Shown one piece after another: positions 54,501-64,000 of a stretch of 64,000 bases of DNA (position 1 is its first letter; each line of letters opens with the position of its first letter). A program made the translations under genes and the position numbers. The notes under the pieces were generated by a model, which was not told the DNA's origin, searched no databases, and saw only the letters and a program-made list of their open reading frames with translations. Source of the DNA: Trichoplax sp. H2 (taxonomy: Eukaryota); assembly GCA_003344405.1 (NCBI GenBank), contig NOWV01000128.1, positions 62,001-126,000 on the forward strand. Reading direction: 5' to 3'.

Positions 54501-57500
54501 GAATTATTTTTCGATCTATCCATTTACAGTCTGTCTGCTTGATTTCATTGTTATTACTAGAAGTGGGTTATGCAAAGATGGGATTAATTATTTATTAATT
54601 GACACTATTCCATATTCGAATTACTTTAATTTACATGCAAATAGGATACAGCGTAATAAACATAGCTTACCCAGTAATTTTCCACCCTGTGGCTTTCCAA
54701 TAATCATTATCTTGATTTTTCCCATTTAGTTCAGCTAACTTCATGGCTTGTTTGTTAATCCAGTTGTCTTTTCTGTTGCTTATTAGTAAAAATTGTACTA
54801 TATCCATTGTCTTAATATGCAAGTAAGGTGCATTTGTATTTAGTAACTGGTACAATTCTTGAATATTGAACCATTTCTAGACGAGCAGAAATTATCGACG
54901 AAATTAATTATTTGTAAAGCAGGCCTATCACTCTCATATAGTTCTGATGCAATCTATTTAAATTAACCAGAGAGGTTATTTAATAGATCTAACAGTAAAA
55001 ACTGAAATTTGATTATATCAATTATAAGATTGACTGTACGTAGCAAATTAAGCAAGTGGTTTATCGGTGCGATAGAGTGGAAGGGGAGCAACAACTCTAA
55101 GCTGTATTTCGAGTAGTGAGGTTGCTGACAGTAACTATAAATGCGAAATTATCGAATTTATGCATTCTTGTTTTCTGGTAAAGAATGATTTAACTTTAAG
55201 AATTACATTTGAAGAACGATTAATAATTTTAGTATTGATTGCATACTAGCTAATGCATTTTAGATATTAAAGAAACGTTTAGAATAAATTTTAGAGTAAA
55301 CAAAAAAGGTGTGTCGGTAATGAATTTAATAGAAGTCATATCGTTATAGATAATCATAGAACAGTGATGTCCTTTAAATATCCTGTAATCGATCAATTTG
55401 CAACAGAAGATCCTGTAATATTACTGAAACTTCAGTGCAAAGTTGATGGTGTAAAGATTACGTTTATTTATAATCTCTACATTTTAGTCATGTAATTATA
55501 CTCTAAAGTAGTTGATGTATTTACTATATTTAAATGCCCAAAATATATAAACAAGTTAAGTGTAGTACCTCTATTTCTCCATTAAAATAAAAATAATCCA
55601 AGCATTTTTGAAGATCTGAATAAAGTTCCTTGGCCAATTTACACGACCTAAGTTTATTGGTTATCCAATCAAAATCACGAACAATTTCCTCTAAAGACAC
55701 TACATCTTCTGCTTGCACAACATGAAATATAAGATATTGATAGAAATAGCCGTCATCCGGATGCGTAAACCACTTCCTTTCACATCGATGAGCATAACCA
55801 TGGATTAGTGCTCGATTGAGTATTTTATTATAATCTGAAATTGATTGATCTGATTGTAATGGCTGTTGAAGAAAGTCTACCATAACTTCGGTAAGAATAC
55901 AACAGCTTGATGAATAACTGAGTGTACGCATAAACAAACAACAATTAGTTATTAAGATTTGACTGAGATATGAAACGATAAGCAATATGATTAAATGAAG
56001 CAAAACTAAAACTTATGATTTAATATTTGGCGTCAGTTATGTTTTGTCGAAGTTGATACTTACCTATAATACATTTATATATTTGTGTAAAGTTTAATTT
56101 CTACCTGTTTTCTTCTCTATATCGTAGAAGAGATTTCTGATGGAATTTCTTTAATAATGAGACTGTTTCGGATTGGCTGCACTTCCATAAAGATTGGATA
56201 GAATCAATCGGTATTGGAAGTTTTTTAAATGCTCCAAGTGAGCGAAATAAGTGGCGATCATTTTTATCCAACTGTTGGATACTTAAATCGAAAATTCGAT
56301 GGAATTTGAAGTCGGTTGTGCTTGATTCATTATTTTGTGCTTGATTGTCGATTATAGAGGCAACTTGTTGCCAATCTTTAACGTTCCTTAAATATAGACC
56401 ACTAATGATATCGATTGCCGAAGGATGATTTTTGCAAACTTCGATAACCCTAGAAATTTCCCGGTTTTGACGTGACTTTGGTAGATTGCTGTCGTTTTGA
56501 TGTTGGGCTAATACTTGTATTGCGTTATCGAATGTAAATTGTTCCTGACAGAATTTAGTAATTGCATTAATGAGTAATAATTTAAAATTTCTACTTAATT
56601 TTACAAAAATTTATGATAATAAGCTTTGTGATAGCCTCACTGCTACTACATTACTTCACCGTTTCATCATCAGCTACGGCCCACTGACATCCTTATTTTA
56701 TACTAATCATAACATGCCGCTTTAATTTATTTAATGTAATTTTAATATATAGCCTCTTTGTCCATAGAATGTGACTTTGATGAATTAGCTTCGCAGTCAA
56801 GCTTGATGTTTACATTCTTAATAATTTTTACGATAATTTTTGTTTACTGTGTATTAAGCGGTTAAGTATTTAGATCCTTAAATTGATGTAGCCTCCTAGT
56901 AATTATATTATAGAGTGGAAGATGATTTTTATTTTGATCAGTATAGAGATCGATATTTTTTTGTCAAATATTTCTAACAATGTGACACATGTATGATCAC
57001 ATTAAGTTGATTTGATAGCACATTGTGTCTAATAAACTTTAGATTTTGATAATAATCTTTGTTAACAACTCAAAATAAGTGCTTGACGTTAGAATCATAA
57101 AATTTTCCCTGATTAGTTCGTGATATAGAATGATAGTCATGTCCTACAGTATAGTTTATAGATCATTGGTGGTGCGGACTGCTTTTTGCTTTTGGATTAT
57201 AGCAAATTACTTGAAAAGTTTCTACACACACTTCTAATTCTTAATAATTGAGGTAATCTGTGTACAATACTGTAGTAGATCTAACAATATTTACTGATAG
57301 AAAAGCTACGTAAGAAACATCTCAGTTCGAGATGACTCTCCTAGTAAGGTATAATAATAATACTATAGTTGTTTATAAATTAGATGGCTCCTATATAAAC
57401 GGGAACATTTGAGTTGAGTTGTGTGATGAAAAGTTGTAGATGTATTTATGCTAATAAAAGTTTTATCTTTACGGTACTTTCTGTGTGTATATAGTAAGAG

Positions 57501-60093
57501 AGCGTTTAAGTCAGTAGTTATAGACTTTTACCGAACGTTTCCTTGTGGCAGAGTTTAAATTATAACATATTTACTTTCTCTACTTACTTTGAGGTATTTG
57601 CAATCGCGATCAGAATACTGTATATCTCTCTTCCGTGATTAAAGTTATTCTTACAATTAGAAATGCAAGCGATATCAAAAATATATATATGTTGTGATTT
57701 TCTTACTATTACCAACGGTATCAGCAAGTAATAAAAATATTTATCTGCAGTATAAACACATAGTTAGCTAATTCCATAAGGTAACAAAAAATATTTCTAC
57801 GATTGTGATAAATCACTTGCAAATTAGATGAAGTAGTTTCGAAAAAAATACTAACCGGCATTTTATAATATTCATATTTATCCATGTTTTGAGGTTTTGA
57901 GTATTGTGATGTGACGATCGATTTCTTAACAAAATCCAAGAATTCATAATGATGTTCTTTGCGGATATCATCAAATATGAATAACGTGTTGCAATTTTCT
58001 ATACCTGGAATTGAACACATTTTGTCACAAAGTCATTATTGTAGCCAGATTGAGTAAGAATTTTTCGTCATTCGTGACAATCAAGTACCAAAAATGAACG
58101 ATCATAATGATTTTAGGAGTAATGTTGTTAGCGTTACCTTTATGGAAATATTGCACTTTCTTCTTGAAGGTTTCCAGATCATCCGGTAAATTATCCTCGC
58201 CCCATTCCAAGTCCAATAGTAAATGGTTCAATTTGAGAAACAGCTGAAAGTCCGAAATGTTTCCTAAATACCATCAAAAATAAGAATTATTGTACGACTT
58301 AACAATGTAGCTATTTAGAAAAGTTTATTTACTATACTAGGCACTAAAGGAGAATTATCGAACTAGACGGAAATATATTTGCTAATTATCGATATTACAG
58401 TAGCAGAGCTATTACTAAACGAACTATCTTTAGATATAAATAGATTAAGTGTTCAAAGTAAGCTCAATGAGAAGAAATACTAGTCTACAATATTTTGAAG
58501 TGACAATGAAACTTGGTAAAATTTAGTATATAAATCTAATACACAAAGTAAAGTGGATGCTATCGCAGCTAAATCAATAGCAACAATCTATTGATGGAGA
58601 ACCGTGGAGTTATATTCCTAAAAGTAATGGTGTTTTTAATTACTGTTAATTTAAGATCTATTATAGGTAATTATTATTAATTGCGTCGATATATTACAAA
58701 TATGAGTTGATTATACGGTAGTTTGGATGTATGGCCATTGTAAGAATTCACGGTAAAATATAGTTCTAAAGTCTCTTAATAACTTCGATTATGATTAGGA
58801 TAAATGCTAGACGCAGTAACGAAAAATCTAGTTTGTTATGTTACATTAATATATACTAGGTAGGAAATCTAATACTACCAACTCCATTTCAATTTTATTC
58901 AGTTAGAAATTAAAGTGCGACAGAAGGATTGAAATTATTCGTGTCCTAAAGGATCTGGCATTAGTATGTTCTGAATATAAGTATAAATCACAGTACCAAT
59001 TCGAAGCCAATAGCAGCTATAAAATTTAAAGCAGCCTTCATTCTCAATAGCTCTTTGAATAGATTGACAGACAGCCGTAGTTTTACCACTTCCAACACCT
59101 CCATGTATTAAGATATGACCTCCATCTTGATCAATTCTCTTCAATTGCTTACCAATATTCTTAGTAAATTCTTTGTAGAGAACGTTGTGATGATCGGAGA
59201 TTATGGGTATGTGTTGCAATAAGTATTCTATAGCAATTAGATAAAACGCAAATCCTTCAATAGGCATAGTAATTTTTAATATCAAAACTTTCTGACAGAA
59301 AGTAGTATTGTAATTTTTTTAAATTTTAAGATGATTTGTTTGCAATATAGCAAATTGTACATGTTAAAATTGAGATGAAATAAACGCTAAATTTAAAAAA
59401 AACAGCTGATATAAATGGGTTAAGGTTTAATTATAACTGTATTTCTAATACATCTTGATCGCACCTTGGTTACCAATGCGTTTTTGCTCTTTTTCCCTAA
59501 GGTCAACTTGGATTGAATAATAACAGATTAGGCTTGAGGTTTATCTACAACAGGTTTTGATATTTCAGTCCATAATAATTCTATGCAATTTGTAGATTAA
59601 TGAGATTCTATCTTGTAGTAAATTAGTAAGTCAATTACTTTTCAAACTATAAGGTGAACATAATACTTATGCTAATGTACATAATGGAATGACTGTAGAC
59701 ATTTAGAAGATCTAGCCTTTTCAAATAGCTTAAAGAAGAGATAACTTAATTATTTGCATCTTTGAAAATTTGATGTGAAACATCTTACGTAATTGTTCAG
59801 CAATATCCCGGCAGCCTATTTTGATCATAATTTCTAATAGCTCTTTAAAAGTTTTGTTCACGACTTTGCCGTAATACAACATATAGGATGCTCTTGACTC
59901 AAAAGTGTAAAAGCTATCCATAACTTCATAGCAATATGTTGCATGATCTTTGCATACTTCATTACCAAGAGCCAACCATTTTCTACCAATGTTTTTTACT
60001 ATAATTTCGTAATATTTCTCACATTCTATAAAATAGTTATCGTGTTAGTAGATAACATCAATTTAATACAATAATAGTGGCGTTACTGGCCAT
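48580..60093 (-). CDS. Apaf-1-like STAND protein: Death domain, NB-ARC, helical domain, divergent WD40/beta-propeller region (3' exons and stop approximate)
   Basis: Candidate ATG 60093 (aaaATGG, 7 coding nt then gt donor); Death-domain exon 60025-59789 (IVKNIGRKWLALG..ESRASYML..TFKELLEIMIKIGCRDIAEQL); linker 59506-59474; Walker A IHGGVGSGKT and EGCF..YWLRIG (~59229-58997); Walker B LFIFDD; CKNHPSA (GxP-like); DDGYFYQYLIFH..DFDWITNKL; later exons with D-F-HP, V-IW-I and IKWNSD WD-like motifs. Confidence 0.8.
57285..57567 (+). mobile_element. Partial (3' part) LTR of the same family as 10641-11189, in an intron of the Apaf-1-like gene
   Basis: Matches the reverse complement of ~10641-10930 (tttactgatagaaaagct..ctcctagtaaggtataataataatact..cctatataaacgggaacatttgagttgagt..ctaataaaagttttatctttac..gcgtttaagtcagtag); ends TAACA. 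Confidence 0.85.
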
Positions 60094-60168
60094 TTTATTT
60101 GCTGAAATTAATCTCAAAAATTCGGTTAATTAAAACAGCCATATATGTGTTGTCTCATGTTTATCTAC

Positions 60169-61145
60169 CTTAGTAGTACAGTTAAATTTTGTTATGTAGT
60201 GAAGATCAATATGCAGTCTGCATTTAGTAGAATATTCTGATGAAATTTCATATTTTTTGTTGTCATTAAATGATATATTTTTATTAAAGGCTAAATAAGT
60301 ACTTGAAATCTATTTTGGTCAAAAGGTGAAGAAATCTGTTTGCACTTCAGAAGCTATATTAAGCCAAAAAATTGTAGAAATTAAAGCGCTGTTAAGTGAT
60401 TCTAGGATTTTAGAATGTATCTTACAGATACTACACAAGCACTATAAACATTTGCAGAAACCCTCATTTCAGCTGGAAAACCTTGATAATATACTAGCTT
60501 CAGACTCTAGAAACTGTAAATTATAAACAAAATTTACTGCCTGTAAGTTTTTTAACTGCTCTTAAATTAACAATTAAATTGCAATTTTAGTGTAGCTAAC
60601 ATATTAGTAATTAAAGCCCTTACCTAATACATAAGGATATTCATCTTCTACGATAGCCTGTTCCATATCAACTATATTCCAAGGTTGTGATAAAGCCGAT
60701 GAATATTCTGTTGCAAATAGGATAAAATGTAGGTCCGATAGTTTAATATCAGATGGTTTTCTGTAGCGGCGATTAATGGATTGAACATAGAACTAAATTT
60801 ATTCTAAAATAACCTAGTGTAAGATACTCTGAGGGAACGAGATTGAATATTTTGAGCGAAATTGATAAATTATAAAAGTGTTATATTGGTTTCAGGTTAG
60901 TGCTACGCAAAATTAGATGGATAGCAATGTTATATTTTTAAATAAACTCGACTAGTACGACATAAAGAATGAGGTTTTGCATTATTGCAACTGTAATAAA
61001 TCTGTAGCTTAAATACGTAGGTTTATCTCTGTGGATCTTTAGCGATTTATAGCAGATTTTCAAGTTTTTAATTCGGTTATTCCCTTGGAAAGCTTTAATC
61101 GTAATTAAATGTTTCATAATACAATTACAAGGGAACATTATTTCC
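60169..61145 (-). other. Unidentified exon-like segments upstream of the Apaf-1-like gene (3' end of a neighbouring gene, or 5' extension/UTR)
   Basis: AG..GT-bounded open segments such as EYSSALSQPWNIVDMEQAIVEDEYPYVL (60708-60624), with mostly conservative changes in the duplicate copy; I could not join them into a confident model. Confidence 0.3.
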
Positions 61146-61235
61146 TATAAAAAGTGCTGATAGAGCCGAATAAATTTTGAATATGTCATGAACTTTCGAA
61201 ATTATGGTGGGTAAAAAACTTAGGTCTAGTCTCGG

Positions 61236-61706
61236 TGTTACAGTGTTAAATACTGTATTACAGTAGAAATAACTATGTTAGGATAATTCTGTTAGACTAT
61301 CCTTATTTAGTTAACTTCTAATTTGGATATACTGTATTTTAATATAGCACTGACTTTTTATGACAGTGACACTTATACACATACTGAAATTATAATAGTT
61401 ATAATAGGGAATGCAAATCATCTGCTTACAGTTCGAATCATTGTGATTGTAATTTACTTATGGTAGACTGTAAATTATCATGGAAATGTTCCGTGATAGG
61501 ACATATCGTAATCTGACTATTCTGTATTAGTCATTACATGTCTATGTTCGTAAATACTGTTGTCTGCATTAAGGGAGCAGTAGCTAAAATTAATATCTAA
61601 TTCAGTAAATGATTCTAATGTTAATTGTATTAACTATGACTCATGAACTATTGAGGAATAGTATATAAATGCAGTATATCGTGAAATAAAGAAGAATTGT
61701 CCAACT
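61236..61706 (+). mobile_element. Probable LTR start, truncated by the gap
   Basis: Begins TGTTACAGTGTT (cf. TGTTACGGTGTT of the solo LTR) exactly where the two duplicate copies diverge; TATATAAA at 61662 then AATAAA at 61685. Confidence 0.5.
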
Positions 61707-61726
61707 NNNNNNNNNNNNNNNNNNNN
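61707..61726. other. Assembly gap (20 N)
   Basis: Run of n characters. Confidence 1.
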
Positions 61727-64000
61727 TTTTTTACTATAATTTCGTAATATTTCTCACATTCTATAAAATAGTTATCGTGTTAGTAGATAACATCAATTTA
61801 ATACAATAATAGTGGCATTACTGGCCATTTTATTTGCTGAAATCAATCTCAAAAATTCGGTTAATTAAAACAGCCATATATGTGTTGTCTCATATTTATC
61901 TACCTTAGCAGTACAATTACATTTTGGTATGTAGTGAAGATCAATATGCAGTCTGCATTTAGTAGAATATTCTGATGAAATTTTATATTTTTTGTTGTCA
62001 TTAAATGACGAATGAATAAATATTGAGTATATATGGGAGAAAATGCGATTTAATTTCTTATTTAGCTGATTCTCAGACGGGTCTTAAAGATAGATTGTAC
62101 AGTACTTATACGAATAAGTGACATTTGCTAGAGCTATTAATTGAATTTTTATACTCGCAATATATTTTTACTAAAGGCTAAATAAGTACTTGAAATCTAT
62201 ATTGGTCAAAAGGTGAAGAAATCTGTTTGCACTTCAGAAGCTACATTAAGCCAAAAAATTGTAGAAATTAAAGCACTGTTAAGTGATTCTAGGATTTTAG
62301 AATGTATCTTACAGATACTACACAAGCACTATAAACATTTGCAGAAACCCTCATTTCAGCTGGAAAACCTTGATAATATACTGGCTTGAGACTCTAGAAA
62401 CTGTAAACTATAAACAAAATTTACTGCCTGTAAGTTTTTTAACTGCTCTTAAATTAACAATTAAATTGCAATTTTAGTGTAGCTAACATATTAGTAATTA
62501 AAGCCCTTACCTAATACAAAAGGATATTCATCTTCTACGACAGTCTCTTCCATTTCGACTATATTCCAAGGTAGTGATAAAGCCGATGAATATTCTGTTG
62601 CAAATAGGATAAAATGTAGGTCCGATAGTTTAATATCAGATGGTTTTCTGTAGCGGTGATTAATGGATTAAATGTAGAACTAAATTTATTCTAAAATAGC
62701 CTAGTGTAAGATACACTGAGGGAACGAGATTGAATATTTTGAGCGAAATTGATAAATTATAAAAGTGTTATCTTGGTTTCAGGTTAGTGCTAGGCAAAAT
62801 TAGATGGATAGCAATGTTGTATTTTTAAATAAACTCGACTAGTACGACATAAAGAATGAGGTTTTGCATTATTGCAGCTGTAATAAATCTATAGCTTAAA
62901 TACGTAGGTTTATCTCTGTGGATCTTTAGCGATTCGTAGTAGATTTTCAAGTTTTTAATTCGGTTATTCCCTTGGAAAGCTTTAATCATAATTAAATGTT
63001 TCATAATACAATTACAAGGGAACATTATTTCCTATAAAAAGTGCTGACAGAGCTGAATCAATTTTTGAATTTGTCATGAACTTTCGAAATTATGGTGGGT
63101 AAAGAACTTAGGTCTAGTCTCGGATATAGAAGTAACTGTGATTAAAACCGAAGGTCGCGGAAAGCTTCCATTGCTTCATGATGATATTTCTATGGTCAGA
63201 CATCATAAGTAGTAAGAGTAATTGGACTATAATAAATTTGAACGTGTAATGATGTGAAAATTTTCATTTACAAACGTTGAGGTAATCGCAATTTGTTCCA
63301 TTGCAGAAATGCTGGTCATGTAGGTCAGTTTTCTAATCATACTTCGCTATCGAGTTAAAGAAAACAGAAATAATAGTTTTAATAATTTAATGAAGGTTAA
63401 TTTTTATAATTCTCCTTCAAGTGCTTGTATTGTACTTATTCTAGCATTAAAAATATGATTATTTGGTTGATTACAACAGAAGATTTTAGTTAGTATCTTG
63501 GTATATTGTAAATCCGACTGCTTTATTCGGGCAAGAATTTAAGATAATCGACAGCATGATTTTTTTTTACAATGAGATATTGTGAGGTTGTAGTTCAAAC
63601 GTTGTAATAGAATATATATGTGGCTAATTTTGATCATCAATTACAGTAAAAGTTAATGTCATTTTATGATTTCATGCTGTATGAAACCGAATGTTCGATA
63701 TGTGCTCTAATTAAGATTGTTGTTCTATCTTATCGTATACTGTAAAAATCTATAATTTTAAGTTAAACTACGATTATATTAATTTAGAAATTTCGGTAAT
63801 CTAGGGTATAATATATAATTAATGTGTATGCTTGATTGCTAGTTTAATTTGGAGTAATTTAGAACGATAATTGGATAGTTTAATGTCACCAGCTGCACTG
63901 CGTAGCACACAAAAGGTGGCGTAGTTCGATGGTTTAGTGAAGTTGAAGATAGAGAAGAGAACAAAAGTCTGGGATAATCATGAGTTATCTCATTAATTGG

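Larger units (their letters stand above)
59992..63123. repeat. ~1.25-1.4-kb near-identical direct duplication (59992-61235 and 61727-63123) flanking an assembly gap
   Basis: Colinear with scattered substitutions; copy 2 has an extra ~150 bp (~62008-62160); both contain the candidate ATG and the start of the Death-domain exon. Confidence 0.95.

Noticed and set aside
59507-59580. Apparent premature stop after the Death-domain exon (pseudogene)
   Set aside because: A 33-nt phase 1-1 exon at 59506-59474 joins the Death and NB-ARC exons without a stop.

Overview
AT-rich, intron-rich animal genomic DNA. Gene density, short introns and gene content resemble a placozoan such as Trichoplax; this is an inference, not verified. 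I reconstructed five genes by reading splice sites and frames by hand. (1, 2) Two tandem minus-strand lipoxygenase paralogs with an unusual architecture: signal peptide, CCxGW plus NIM/EGF-like head, then a LOX catalytic domain with no PLAT domain and a complete C-type-lectin-like domain inserted inside it as a 354-nt phase 1-1 exon. (3) A PTPN23/HD-PTP ortholog (Bro1, V, Q-rich, PTP) whose phosphatase motifs are degenerate. (4) A GT61-family glycosyltransferase ending in KTEL, head-to-head with PTPN23. (5) A Death-domain, NB-ARC, WD40-like Apaf-1-type gene. Non-genic features: a solo LTR with a 5-bp TSD, a partial inverted copy of it, a probable further LTR running into the assembly gap, a ~240-bp intronic tandem array, a (CTGTA)n-rich satellite, and a ~1.3-kb duplication flanking the gap. 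The best candidate for a new system is the secreted lipoxygenase pair carrying recognition-type domains.
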